A stretch of DNA of 62,745 bases, filler included, from 9 parts of 9 records of this genome joined end to end with filler, not necessarily neighbours in it; one strand, 5' to 3'; positions 1 to 11,200 are shown, counted from the whole stretch's first letter. Numbers and translations: made by a program. Notes: generated by a model not told the origin, from the letters alone.

Positions 1-127
1 CCTTGATTTAATAACTGCGTTGCCCTGCTGATTGAACCCAATGTATTGACGACGCGTATAATTCGAGTCAGACTGCATAGTTGCCGCTCGAGGGCCACTT
101 ACCCACGCTTTTGCAGATTGTGCCAAC

Positions 128-511
128 GTGATTCCTTGTCGAAAGCTGATTGCATTCACCATGCTAGCAGCGTTGCTAACCAGCAACGTTGGTGCTTTCG
201 TACATATTGGGCATCACCATTCCAAGGCGGATCCCAAATCCCCTTCGACGTGCTGCTGCTGTTCAAACACGGAGTGCCAGCCAGCGAGTCCTTCGCAGAG
301 TGATGGCCAGCCGGCTGAACACGAACATGACTCTGGCAACTGCAATATCTGCCAGTCTTTCTACACTTCTCGTACGGCCGTGCCATGTGGCGCCGTTGTT
401 GCGATTGAATGTGGTGAAGCCGCGGAGTTTCTCGCGCCGCTCTCTCGACAACCCTCTATTGCATTCTGCCTTGCGGGCTTCGATTCTCGCGGCCCTCCTG
501 CCGCAGCCTAG
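128..511 (+). CDS. DUF2946-like His/Cys-rich exported leader protein with C-terminal RGPP motif
   Basis: Hydrophobic N-terminus, HIGHHH, CCCC, HEHDSGNCNICQ (CxxC), ends DSRGPPAAA; matches the DUF2946 architecture. Confidence 0.75.
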   Translation: MIPCRKLIAFTMLAALLTSNVGAFVHIGHHHSKADPKSPSTCCCCSNTECQPASPSQSDGQPAEHEHDSGNCNICQSFYTSRTAVPCGAVVAIECGEAAEFLAPLSRQPSIAFCLAGFDSRGPPAAA

Positions 512-823
512 CCGAACTCGCACGAGCCAATCTCCAGAGCAGACGCCGGAACCCCGACGAAACGCCAGGACGATTGCTCAGATCTGACGCACGGACTAGC
601 AGACCCGACAGCCAATTTGCTGTCAATTTCGCCAACGCGGTGACGTGAACGTTGCTGGTTGGTAGCTTCCGTCGTTGGATTTGCGAGTTCCTTTGATCGA
701 CGAGCTTCGATGCTTGGCGCGAGACCATCCCGCCTTGCATGTCACGTTCGACAGCGTGTGCCACCGCGCACAGCGCCTGCCTAATGAATCGCCGGTAAGT
801 TCGCTAAGAGCCTGAATTCAGCT

Positions 824-2071
824 ATGCGAAAGCTTGCATCGACAATCCATAGCCTGCTGACAACTGACTTTTGTCCCGGGGCGAACGCTTACGTCTACTG
901 GCTGAAACAGCCAGTAGGCTGGTTCTGCGCAGCGCTGGCTGCGTGCATCCTAGTAGGAGCGTTCTTGAATCCGATCGGCTGGAGCATTTCAGCCGGGCTA
1001 GCAGCCATTATTTTGCTTGGACTCGGATTTCCATGGTTCGCGACAAAATGCCTGCGCTGCACGCTGTCGTGTGACCGTGACGCCATCCACGAAGGCGATC
1101 AGGCGCACATACTGTTAAGCGTGAAGAACCCGCTACCGTTGCCGATCATGGGCCTGACCGTGAAGGGATATTTCGCCCCCTCGACAAGCGACGAATCCAG
1201 CGGATCAGAATGCGGACTCGCTCGAGTCCCCGCATTTTCAAGCGCTCAGTACCGCCTACCAATTGAACCGGAGTATCGCGGTCGCTTCCCAGCCGAGACG
1301 CCGAAGATTGCATGTGCATTTCCGTTTGGCATCTACACGGCACACCGCTCAATCAGCCGCGCAGCCAGTGTCATCGTCCGCCCAATGGTCATTCCGCTCA
1401 CGGCCGATTTTGAATGGTCCGGCAACTCAATCGCGGAGACGGGTTTTGGCAAGCGAGCGTCAGACCACGGTGAGTTTCTGGGCGTTCGCGAGTTTCGCCG
1501 AGGTGATTCGCTGCGGAGCATTCACTGGACCCAGTCGGCTCGGCAAGACGAAATAATTGTTTGCGAACGTGGTGGTCCCGAGAAAAGCCCCGTCGCACTC
1601 AGACTGTCCACACAGCGTTGTCCTGGCAGTCGCTGGGATGCCCGCGAGAATCTCGCTTGGCGCATTCGGATCGCGGCCAGCCTAGTCGACTTCTTCGTTG
1701 CACGACATATCCCCTTTGACTTGGTCATCGACGACCGAAAAGAACGCTTGGGGCAGGGCGGTGCGGCCAAGGCATCAGCTTGGGATGCCCTCGCAGAAAT
1801 ACCGCTCGAACCCTGGTACGACGAAGCAACGAAGTCGACTAACGAAGCGCCCGTTGGCTCTACTACTAATCAGGGAATATCGGTAGGAGTCGATAGTACG
1901 GCCGGCACTGAATCTTCGGCGCAGTATATCGTTATTTCATGCGATCTTGGAGCAACCAGCAACCGCTACCGTGGTAGCACAGCACCGACCAAGATCGATC
2001 TCGAACAGCCAATTGATTTGCAACTAGCGAAACTGCTGCAGGAGGTGAGCAATGACACCGCCGCAGCCTAG
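824..2071 (+). CDS. DUF58 domain membrane protein (MoxR-associated)
   Basis: Two N-terminal TM segments; FPFG and GEFLGVREFRRGDSLRSIHW motifs typical of DUF58; MoxR gene nearby. Confidence 0.88.
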   Translation: MRKLASTIHSLLTTDFCPGANAYVYWLKQPVGWFCAALAACILVGAFLNPIGWSISAGLAAIILLGLGFPWFATKCLRCTLSCDRDAIHEGDQAHILLSVKNPLPLPIMGLTVKGYFAPSTSDESSGSECGLARVPAFSSAQYRLPIEPEYRGRFPAETPKIACAFPFGIYTAHRSISRAASVIVRPMVIPLTADFEWSGNSIAETGFGKRASDHGEFLGVREFRRGDSLRSIHWTQSARQDEIIVCERGGPEKSPVALRLSTQRCPGSRWDARENLAWRIRIAASLVDFFVARHIPFDLVIDDRKERLGQGGAAKASAWDALAEIPLEPWYDEATKSTNEAPVGSTTNQGISVGVDSTAGTESSAQYIVISCDLGATSNRYRGSTAPTKIDLEQPIDLQLAKLLQEVSNDTAAA

Positions 2072-4430
2072 TCCAATCCCGACGGTCGAAGCCGAGCCTG
2101 TCGCCAATGCCAGATTCGTAAGAAAACGTGAATCGCAAACTGCCGATAGCGAGGGCACGGCGAGCAGAATTCACATCGCCATACTTGCCGTCATTGGTTT
2201 GCTCGCGTTGATCATCCGCCGAGTGGATTACGATCCCTGGTCGATCATTACAGCAGAACTATGCATCGGTGCGACGCTCGTGGGACTCATTCTCGCGGCT
2301 GCCAAACTCCAAGCATCAAGCGCGATCGCTGCCCGATTGGTAGTGCCAGCTCTCGGCGCCGCTTTGGTCAGCATGCCATGGTTGGTCAACATCCTGTCGC
2401 GTCGTTTCGGAAATGGCAACGATCCAGAAATTCTACTGCTGACGTCGCTGGCCTGGGGCTCGATAGCCCTCGCTGTATCGCCGAAGGCTCGAACTCAAAA
2501 CTTGAGCGTTGCGTGCAGTGGCTTCTTGACGCTTTTCACTGTCTTCACATCAGACTCACCGGAGATCACGCCGGTCGTTTACGCATGGATAGCCCTCTGT
2601 TTATGGTGGTTGGTCAGTCGCCACTGGGCTGGCATTAGCACACTACAAGCCGCCAATGTGCAGTCGTCTCTCGCAGCCCGCGGTCTTACGATAGCAATTG
2701 GTTGCGGCGCATTCATTCTCGCGATCTTCCTGATTTCCGACTCCGTCCCCATTCTTCGCAAGCTGAATGCAGAGATCGCCCCGACCAGTGGCGGCACGAC
2801 GCAGAAGGATAAATCTGCCAGGTCGGGTGTTGGCAACGGGGATGCGCTGATAGCCGCCAAAAACCACGCGACCTCTTTTGGTCCCGTCGAAACGGACTTC
2901 TTCCTGGACTCTCCCAAGCCCAGTCTATTCGACGTATTCAGCGATGAATTTGGTGAGCCAATTCGAAAGAAAAAGGTCGAGAGGGCTCAAGCGCTGTCTC
3001 CCAACGATATCCGAACCGCCGAAGGAGAATTCTCCGAAGCAAACCGAAGCAGCGGAGGTGACTTCTCGGTCGAACGCGAGGCACCTGAATTGCGAGAGCC
3101 ACTTGAGGACCTTCGCTCCGACGCGTTGATGTTTTTTGAAGGCCGCACAGGAATCCGACTCGCCGTCAATCGCTTCGAGAACTTCGAAGAGGACCGTTGG
3201 TTGACTTCAAAGGTCCTGGACCGACCCACCCTGCAGAATCTGCAACCCATGGCGGTCGACATCGAAGAAGATCTATGGTTCGCCCCACCTGGAATTCGCA
3301 TCCAAAGCTCATTGAGTCCCTTTGCGTCAAGCTTCCCCGAAGCACTGCGTTTTACCCGGTATGGCGACAATTCGATCCCCGTAGCCCTGGGCATGCAACT
3401 TTGGCGAATCGACCAACTCACTCGAACAGACTTCTTTGCCTACACCGGAGATGGCTGCCTCTTAATGCCTGGTCGAGAAACCGTTCCCGACTACACCGTC
3501 GTGCGACTTGTAAACAGCCAGTTGGACGCCGCAAAACTTCACCAGCACATGCGGACCTGTGCACCCGGGAGGCCGCACTTGAAGGTTGCCAGCGGTTGCG
3601 AATCGCGGATCGCTCAACTTGCGCACATGTACGCTGACGACTACGATCGCGGACTTGACCAAGTCAATGCAGTTATCGCAGGCTTAAGACGGGACTTTTC
3701 CACCGAACAACCCGCAACCACGATCGAAAGGGCGGACGACGGAGCAATTAATCGTTTCCTCGACCAACGCCAAGGCCCCAGCTATTTATTCGCTACCACC
3801 GCCGCGCTGATGCTCGACCACCTTGGGTACCAGACGCGTTTCGTCACTGGCTTCTACGTCAATCCAAAACACTACGTTCGCTCGGAGAACGCAACCGCGA
3901 TTCTTCCACAAGACGCCCATTGTTGGATTGAGGTCAATTCTGGGCACGGATACTGGGTTCCGTTTGAACCAACACCTGGTTTTCGGTCACCGCCCATTCG
4001 GAGCACCTGGGCGTTCTGGGCCAGCCGGCATTGGAGAACCGCTGCCGGTGGACTGGCGGTCGCCGTCACGGCCTTGGCTATCTTGTGGGTCTTGCGAGGA
4101 ATTCTGTTCAACGCTGGTCTGTTTATTGCCGCGCCGCTAATCCGACTGCTTCCGGAACGAAAACGGCTTGCGTCGTTTCGTGCCTTGCTTGACGCACGCT
4201 GGAGACTCATCGGCGCCGAGCGCACCGGCGGCATGACACCTCGAAAGCAACTCGCCGATCGCGCGTGGGGACTCAGTGAAACACAGCAGACGACCTTGAT
4301 GCAGTTTTTTGATATGTACGATAAACAGAGATTTGGCACCAACGCACACTCCATAACGCAGTTACCTGTGCTTGCCGCGATGCCTGGCATCATCCGATCG
4401 ATAAAGAAAATCAAACCAAGCTCGCCGTAA
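2052..4430 (+). CDS. TgpA-like membrane protein with transglutaminase-like domain; catalytic Cys apparently substituted
   Basis: Multiple N-terminal TMs; GPSYLFATTAALML..LGYQTRFVTGF, DAHCWIEV and WVPFEPTP motifs; C-terminal TM. Confidence 0.85.
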   Translation: MTPPQPSPIPTVEAEPVANARFVRKRESQTADSEGTASRIHIAILAVIGLLALIIRRVDYDPWSIITAELCIGATLVGLILAAAKLQASSAIAARLVVPALGAALVSMPWLVNILSRRFGNGNDPEILLLTSLAWGSIALAVSPKARTQNLSVACSGFLTLFTVFTSDSPEITPVVYAWIALCLWWLVSRHWAGISTLQAANVQSSLAARGLTIAIGCGAFILAIFLISDSVPILRKLNAEIAPTSGGTTQKDKSARSGVGNGDALIAAKNHATSFGPVETDFFLDSPKPSLFDVFSDEFGEPIRKKKVERAQALSPNDIRTAEGEFSEANRSSGGDFSVEREAPELREPLEDLRSDALMFFEGRTGIRLAVNRFENFEEDRWLTSKVLDRPTLQNLQPMAVDIEEDLWFAPPGIRIQSSLSPFASSFPEALRFTRYGDNSIPVALGMQLWRIDQLTRTDFFAYTGDGCLLMPGRETVPDYTVVRLVNSQLDAAKLHQHMRTCAPGRPHLKVASGCESRIAQLAHMYADDYDRGLDQVNAVIAGLRRDFSTEQPATTIERADDGAINRFLDQRQGPSYLFATTAALMLDHLGYQTRFVTGFYVNPKHYVRSENATAILPQDAHCWIEVNSGHGYWVPFEPTPGFRSPPIRSTWAFWASRHWRTAAGGLAVAVTALAILWVLRGILFNAGLFIAAPLIRLLPERKRLASFRALLDARWRLIGAERTGGMTPRKQLADRAWGLSETQQTTLMQFFDMYDKQRFGTNAHSITQLPVLAAMPGIIRSIKKIKPSSP

Positions 4431-4507
4431 CTCGCAGACGGATCAGTTTCAGAAGTTACCGACAACGTACAAACCCCAGACCATTCCCTTACAACACGCA
4501 TACATCG

Positions 4508-5422
4508 ATGATTGAAAGTGATTCAAAGGCGGCAATCGCGGCACTGCGAGACAGGCTGAACCAAGTCCTCTTGGGGAAGTCCGATCGCATTGAACTGGTG
4601 ATCGCATGCCTGCTCGCAGGCGGCCACATCCTTCTGGACGACCTGCCTGGCTTGGGAAAGACGACCCTTGCGAAGGCGATTGCGGACTGTTTCGGCGCGC
4701 AGTTCTCCCGGATTCAGTGCACACCGGACCTCCTTCCAACCGACGTGACGGGATTTAACCTTTTCAATCAAAAGACCCGTGAGTTTGAATTTCACGCCGG
4801 CCCGGTCTTCGCTGACATCCTACTGGCCGACGAAATCAACAGAACAACTCCACGTACTCAAAGTGCACTCTTTGAGGCAATGGCTGAACGTCAGGTAACC
4901 ATTGACGGTACGGCTCGGCAGTTATCGAGCACCTTCTTTGTCATCGCAACTCAAAACCCAATTGATAGCCACGGCGCATACCCTTTACCCGAAGCCCAGC
5001 TAGACCGCTTTGCAATCAAGCTTGAAATCGGCTATCCCGACCAAGAAGCTCAACTGGCAATCCTGAATCGTGACCAGTCGGCTCCGCCATCGTCGGAAGC
5101 ACTTGGCGAAGGAACGCTGGCAGCAGCGCAGCGTGACGTCGACGGCTGCTTGGTGTCGGAGGACGTGCAACGCTATCTGGTTTCGTTGTGTGAAGCCTCG
5201 CGAGATCATGAAGACATCTCCTTGGGCGTCAGCCCTCGCGGTATGCTAATTTGGCAACAGATGGCCCGAGCATGGGCGGTCCTTAAGGGCCGAGATTTTG
5301 TGACGCCCGATGATATACAAGATGTCGCACCGCCCGTTCTCAGCGTTCGACTCGTTACGCGGGTCCGCGATGAAACCACAGTGATCAACGATCTGCTTTC
5401 CTCGGTGACCGTCCCGACGTAG
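4508..5422 (+). CDS. moxR: MoxR family AAA+ ATPase
   Basis: Walker A DLPGLGKTT, RIQCTPDLLPTD, Walker B LLADEINR, ATQNP, YPLPEAQLDRF. Confidence 0.95.
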   Translation: MIESDSKAAIAALRDRLNQVLLGKSDRIELVIACLLAGGHILLDDLPGLGKTTLAKAIADCFGAQFSRIQCTPDLLPTDVTGFNLFNQKTREFEFHAGPVFADILLADEINRTTPRTQSALFEAMAERQVTIDGTARQLSSTFFVIATQNPIDSHGAYPLPEAQLDRFAIKLEIGYPDQEAQLAILNRDQSAPPSSEALGEGTLAAAQRDVDGCLVSEDVQRYLVSLCEASRDHEDISLGVSPRGMLIWQQMARAWAVLKGRDFVTPDDIQDVAPPVLSVRLVTRVRDETTVINDLLSSVTVPT

Positions 5423-5469
5423 CGTCCGATCGTTTGCAGAAAACAATCTATTCAACACGAAGCAATACC

Positions 5470-6015
5470 ATGAGCCAACAACAAACCGTTCGACTCAAGT
5501 ATCTGTTAGCCCTCGTCGCGATTCTTTTCGTGGGCTGCGCTGCAGAGCAGGAATCGCTGCATGAGCACGACCATGATGTCCCAGAGCACTGGCCAAGCGA
5601 CATGTCCGAGGCTGCAGAGTTTATCGAGCTTCGCGTCCAGCAACTCGTCGATTCGACCGCAGAAGCGCCAGAAGACACTGAAGACGAACTCCAAGACTTG
5701 GTCGAATGGGCTCCAGAGATTGCCGCCGACACTGACCTGCCCGAAGCGGCCTGGATTCCGGTATACGAAATGAGTGAAGTGATTCGCAAGCACCTTCAAA
5801 GTAGTGACGTGTCTGCGGTTGAGGTTTCTGAAGACCTGCAGAAGTTAGCAAGCTTGCTCCGCGATGCCCAAGCTACGTTGCCGACCGAAGAATCAGCAGA
5901 CACCACGGACAGTAGTGGTGATGTAGAAGAAGAATCCAACGCTAATGAACTCGATGGCGCTGCAGAGGACACTGACGAAACGCCTGATACGCCGGCCGCC
6001 GCCAACGATCAATAA
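5470..6015 (+). CDS. His-rich acidic lipoprotein, putative metal-binding
   Basis: ATG at 5470, lipobox-like LFVGC, HEHDHDVPEHWP, acidic low-complexity tail. Confidence 0.7.
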   Translation: MSQQQTVRLKYLLALVAILFVGCAAEQESLHEHDHDVPEHWPSDMSEAAEFIELRVQQLVDSTAEAPEDTEDELQDLVEWAPEIAADTDLPEAAWIPVYEMSEVIRKHLQSSDVSAVEVSEDLQKLASLLRDAQATLPTEESADTTDSSGDVEEESNANELDGAAEDTDETPDTPAAANDQ

Positions 6016-6175
6016 CTTGCATCCACTGGCTTCGAGCACCTGCCTCCCAGCCGCGCTCGTTTGGATGTAAGTCAAAGCAACCGCCCTCAACGACCAAGAT
6101 GTCGCCGCTGAATCACCTGGCGGCACACCACAGCAAACCGTCGCACACACGCACTTTTTTGAGCCGAGATCTTCA

Positions 6176-7774
6176 ATGGACATCATGTTGACTGGTGGAC
6201 TCATCCGAGCAATTGCCGGATTAATGGCCGCAGCACCGACGCTGATCGTCGGCCTGTTCATCGCTTCGGTATTTCGTTACTACCTACGCGGCGACGGAAT
6301 GCGCAAGCTTTTTGGCGGCGACTCGATTCGCTCCCTCCCACAATCGTGGCTCGTCGGGATGCTGCTTCCGGTTTGCTCAATTGGTGTTATCCCCGTGATC
6401 CGTGAAATGCGGCGGCAAGGTATCCGTCCAGGAGCCATCACGGCGTTTGCTCTCTCGGCCCCTTTGTTCAATCCATTGTCGCTGCTCTACGGCCTGACGC
6501 TTTCGCGACCGATGGTCATTATTGGATTCGCTTTTGGCTCCCTGGCTGTAGTCACCATTCTCGGAGCGGCCTGGGATCGCTTTGCGCGGCGGTCGGAGTC
6601 TACGGCCGAGGCCGACGACAAAGTCATCTATGGTTTACGCCGCATCGGTGCCTGCGCAGTGTACGCAACCCGCGAACTTGCAGGTCCAACCGGCATACTC
6701 GCATTGATCGCAGTTTCTGGCCTGCTTCTGCTAGGCGCCGTTCTACCTCACGGTGCGCTGCAATCCGAAGTTGAACAAATGGATCCGCTCGCACCACTGA
6801 AGATGTCGAGCGTTTCCGTTTTCATCTACGCGACTCCGATGTTGACCATGAGCCAGCTTGGAATGATGTTCGACCATGGCAACTCGCCAGGTGCATCGTT
6901 CACACTGCTGTTGCTGGGGACGGGAGTTAACCTTGCAACGCTTTGGTGGATCGCAACGAACTTCGGCTTCAAGTCGACGGCAATTTGGTTCTGCATTTTG
7001 TTCGCTTGCGTTATTGGAATTGCTTACGCGGTTGACCGTCCACTCATTCCCCCTGGGATTGAACCAGCAGGCCACACCCATGCATTCGACATCTACACAA
7101 ACCCTCTGCATTCCAACCAAGAAGTAACGCTGTCGGGAATTAGCAAGGAACTTAGCAAGACGACCGGACTGGCGGAGTGGATCGGCGGTTCGGCCCTTGC
7201 GATCGTTTTGCTGATCGGTTTGATTTCGAGATTTGGTTTCAACCCAGCCAGCGTGAAAATAATGACACCCGTCGATTCGGAAGGGGAAGTTGAATTTGCG
7301 GAGAAGGGGCTCCACAAAGAGGTCTCATCAACGACGGTCGGCCTCACTTGCTTGGCCGGGTTGGTCGCCTTCAGTATCGTTGGCTGCTACGCCTACTATC
7401 CGTCTCCCAGGGAAGTGTTCGAGGAAATGAAGGGACCTCGCGTAGATGTTCTGACCGGCATTACCAGCAAGGACTTCGCGCGTTCTCTACGGTGGATACC
7501 AACTGTTGAAGCTTGGACGCGACGCCTTGAAGTCGGCTATGCAATTCGCAACTTTGAACTCCGACCTTACCAGCAGATGCAGACCTATATCCTCCGCAAG
7601 AAGCTTGAGAACTTGGAACATGCGATCGAGCATGCCACGGAATTCAAAGAGGCTGCCGAAGCGGGCGACGCTCACGCAAACGTCCACTACCAGGAAGAGC
7701 TTGAGGAGATGAAGCAACTGGCCGACGAAATCGTCCGCAACCTTCCTCGTCTGCGCAGAGCCTTTGGCGAATAA
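6176..7774 (+). CDS. Putative permease (DUF318/ArsP-YraQ-like) with C-terminal soluble extension
   Basis: Many TM helices; GMLLPVCSIGVIPV and AFALSAPLFNP motifs; AGHTHAFD His motif. Confidence 0.75.
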   Translation: MDIMLTGGLIRAIAGLMAAAPTLIVGLFIASVFRYYLRGDGMRKLFGGDSIRSLPQSWLVGMLLPVCSIGVIPVIREMRRQGIRPGAITAFALSAPLFNPLSLLYGLTLSRPMVIIGFAFGSLAVVTILGAAWDRFARRSESTAEADDKVIYGLRRIGACAVYATRELAGPTGILALIAVSGLLLLGAVLPHGALQSEVEQMDPLAPLKMSSVSVFIYATPMLTMSQLGMMFDHGNSPGASFTLLLLGTGVNLATLWWIATNFGFKSTAIWFCILFACVIGIAYAVDRPLIPPGIEPAGHTHAFDIYTNPLHSNQEVTLSGISKELSKTTGLAEWIGGSALAIVLLIGLISRFGFNPASVKIMTPVDSEGEVEFAEKGLHKEVSSTTVGLTCLAGLVAFSIVGCYAYYPSPREVFEEMKGPRVDVLTGITSKDFARSLRWIPTVEAWTRRLEVGYAIRNFELRPYQQMQTYILRKKLENLEHAIEHATEFKEAAEAGDAHANVHYQEELEEMKQLADEIVRNLPRLRRAFGE

Positions 7775-7900
7775 GTTCACCCGTGACCTGATTCTATTAC
7801 CCCCACTCCGTTCGTTGTGCGGGCAGCCTGCCTGCAATCTTTTCCCAATCACCCAACCTCCGCTTGCGTGCATCACGTCACCTCCACCGGCTCGGCGGGG

Positions 7901-8000
7901 NNNNNNNNNNNNNNNNNNNNNNNNNNNNNNNNNNNNNNNNNNNNTTAATTAATTAANNNNNNNNNNNNNNNNNNNNNNNNNNNNNNNNNNNNNNNNNNNN
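7901..8000. other. Artificial contig linker
   Basis: 44 N + TTAATTAATTAA (stops in all six frames) + 44 N. Confidence 0.99.
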
Positions 8001-8011
8001 TCAGTTGCACT

Positions 8012-8041
8012 TTCCAGCTGGCTTTTTGAGCTTTTTGTTTG
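8012..8041 (-). repeat. 30-bp repeat, exact inverted copy of 12775-12804
   Basis: Reverse complement is CAAACAAAAAGCTCAAAAAGCCAGCTGGAA, identical to 12775-12804. Confidence 0.9.
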
Positions 8042-8138
8042 TCACAGATCCGCAAGTCACGATCCTAGGAGGCGCCCCTAATATTCAATTGTTTGGAGGT
8101 GGATATTATATGACTACGCTCTGTATCTGCAAAACAAT

Positions 8139-8168
8139 AAGCCACGCCACCCTGCGGTGGCGTGGCTT
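8139..8168 (-). terminator. Intrinsic terminator downstream of the large T9SS-type gene
   Basis: 13-bp stem AAGCCACGCCACC-ctgc-GGTGGCGTGGCTT, followed on the minus strand by T-rich sequence. Confidence 0.7.
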
Positions 8169-8219
8169 TGTTAATCCCAGCCGGCTACGAGTTAATTATC
8201 GCGAGCGGTGCTGAAAATA

Positions 8220-11200
8220 CTAGCGAACAATCGTGAACGGCAGACTCTGCATCCAGCCCGACTCCGAGCGCACGCGTACAAAGTACGCCCCCTGTCCCAG
8301 CCCACGAACATTGAAGTCAATTGCATGTGAGCCAACACTGTAATTCTGGGGCTCCAGGCTAATGAGACTCTGCCCCATCATGTTAACAACATCTAATTGC
8401 AGGCTGCCGGCTTGTAGCAGACTGAATTCCAGCTTCAGGTTGTTCTGCGCCGGATTTGGAGTTAACAAGCTGGACTGGAGTACGGATGGACCGATAGACT
8501 CGGCACTCTTGGGAAGACCTATGCAGCAGTGCTGAATCTCAAACTCGACCCAATCGACGCTCGTAGCATTCTCAATGTAGAAGTCAAAGTTGCCGTCGAG
8601 CATCGATGGCATTGCGCTGGTTGCGCCGTACAGTCCTGTACTGAGCGGATCCAGATCTGCCAGATCGATCGTTATTACCGTTGGCCCCTGCCCGACCCAC
8701 AGAGCACCGACCAGACTACCAATGTAACGCTCATAGATAACTTTGCCATCCTGCACAAAAGCGATTTTATCGTCGAAACTCTCCAAATCCGGGTTTGTAC
8801 GAACTTGCAGAGTAAGAGTCGCTCCAATGAAACAATAGCCGCTCGTCTTATAGAAATCCAGCCCGGTTTGCGTGTGCGCAAAGTAGCGGTCAATTTCTTC
8901 ATTGTCGAAACCCACAATCGGACTTTTACCGGCCAGGAATGTTTGCAACTCAACTGAAGGCGCAGCGGGTTTAAGATCAGGGTCTGGGTCAAAGTCGTCC
9001 CTTTCACCGTTCCGCCACGTAAAGTACTGCAGATCGTCACAGGTAGCAGCGTTGCCAAAGTTGAGGCACTCATAGGCTTGGTTGGCCTGCAGGACAATGT
9101 CGTAGTAGCTCGACGCTGGTGAATATTGCACATAATCCGATCTCTGTGTCTCGAAGATTCTCCAGGTAGCATATGTAAGTCCATTGAATACAAAGTTGCC
9201 GTACATATCAGTGACTACGCTGAACATTTGATTGTTGTCCAGGTTAAGCGCATTAATCGTAAACCCGGCTACACCAGGCTCGCCGGGGTCGCGAACACCA
9301 TTCCTGTTTAAGTCCTCAAACTTGTGGCCACATATGTCGGCTTCGTCAATCCGGCAATAGGCCGTAACTTCCTGATTGCAGAGCGTCCACAATCCGGTGG
9401 TTTCATTGTAGTATTCAAATACGACACGGAAACTACTCGAGATGCTGTGAAAACAAAATGTTCCAAGGCTGTTGAGCCCCACACCGAGATCACCTTCAAT
9501 AAGAATCTGATTGTATTCTATCAACCAGGCGTGGCTACCGTCGCCGGTATAGTCGATGCTGATCCAGTCGTTGAGATCAGGATAGACTGTCATGCGCACT
9601 GCGCTGTATTCACAGCCAATCACAGCAGCCATATCGACGCTGAAGTCAAAACAGCAGACATCCTGATCAGCATTGTTGTTAACTTTTGGAGTAAAATAGT
9701 TACAACAGGTAGACGAGCAGCAGTAATATACTTGCAGGTCAACCCAATCAACCTGAGTGTCATTCTGAATTACCATGTCAAAAGTGCCGTCACGCAAATT
9801 CGGAATCACACTTGTTACTAAACTACCAGGCAGGTCCCACAGATTTAAGGTAAAGGTGACGGGGCCGGCCACTCCCCAATCTGTAGTACCTACCAGGTCC
9901 CCAAGCTTGGCACTCCAAATGATGCGCCCATCCTCTATGAATTCAATTCGGTCGTTAGCTGCGGACGCACTGCCGTTGCCTTTCGCACGAAACGTTAACT
10001 TTGCAGCTACGATACAACAATTGTCAAAGGTGATGCCGGTGAAGCTGTGTCCGAAGTATTGTTCTTCAGCCGGTACATCAAAACCAACAGTAGGAAGTCC
10101 GTTTAAATAGTTGTTTAACTCGTGCCCGGTCCAGATGCCTGTGAATTCGCCGCCGGACGCAAAGTCATCTTTGACGCCGGCTTCAAACTTGCGGATCTCA
10201 GTATCAGCACACACTTGTGTATTTCCAAAATCGACACTGTATACAGTTTGTTGGCTATACAGTTTTAAATTGTAGCTGCTACTCTGAGGAGCGGTTTGCA
10301 CCCAGCCGTTCCCCTGCTCTTCAGACACCGTCCATTCAGAATACTTCAGGTTGGAAAAGCAGTAATTACCGTCACTATCGGTAACCTGACTATGCTGGAT
10401 CTGGTTTTGCGGATTCTCAATATTGATTGTCCACCCTGCAATTCCTGGCTCGCCAATGTCGCGAATTCCATTGCAGTTTAAGTCTTCATATTTACTGCCA
10501 CAAATATTTCCATTTTCAATCTGGCAATAGACTTCAACTGCCTGACTACACGTGGTCCACATCTTGAGATCAAAGTCATAGTACTCAAAGACAATGTTGT
10601 AGCGGTCGAAAGTTCCGTTTAGACAGTAGGTTCCAAGACTGTTCATCCCCGGATCCAGATATTTAACGACGTTGATGACATTGTCGGTAATAGTATAGGA
10701 GTCTCCACCACTGCCTGCATAGGTCACATCGTCAAGCCAATCTGTTCCAAACTGAACGTCGTACACAATCATTCGTACTTGAGAGATGTCACAGGGCATT
10801 CCGTCTGTGACGTCGATGCTGATGTCAAAACAACATTCGCCCTTATCCGGATTGTTTTTGATTACCGGAGTCAGGTAGTCACAGCAGGTGCTTTTACAAC
10901 AGTACTCCAGTTCCAATTCAACCCAGTCAACAACCGTATCGTCTTGTAAAAATAGATCAAATACGCCGTCTTGCAGGGCCGGCAAAACACTTTTAATGGT
11001 ATTACCTGGTAAATTGGCAAGGTCGAGTGTGATCGTGGCAACGTCTGGTTCGAGCCACGGATCTGTATTGGCCAAGTCACCGATCTTAGCACTCCAGATT
11101 CCACGCCCATCCTCCAGAAAATTCAGACGGTCGTTATCGGCCTGAAACGAACTATTCGCCTTTAAGCGCATTGTCAGCGTGCCGCCAACGATACAACATT

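Noticed and set aside
512-823. Riboswitch in the spacer after the DUF2946-like gene
   Set aside because: No conserved cobalamin or other riboswitch motifs recognised.
7901-8000. TTAATTAATTAA recurring eight times as a biological repeat or CRISPR repeat
   Set aside because: Always centred in an identical 100-bp N block; it is an assembly linker. ORFs running into it are artefacts.
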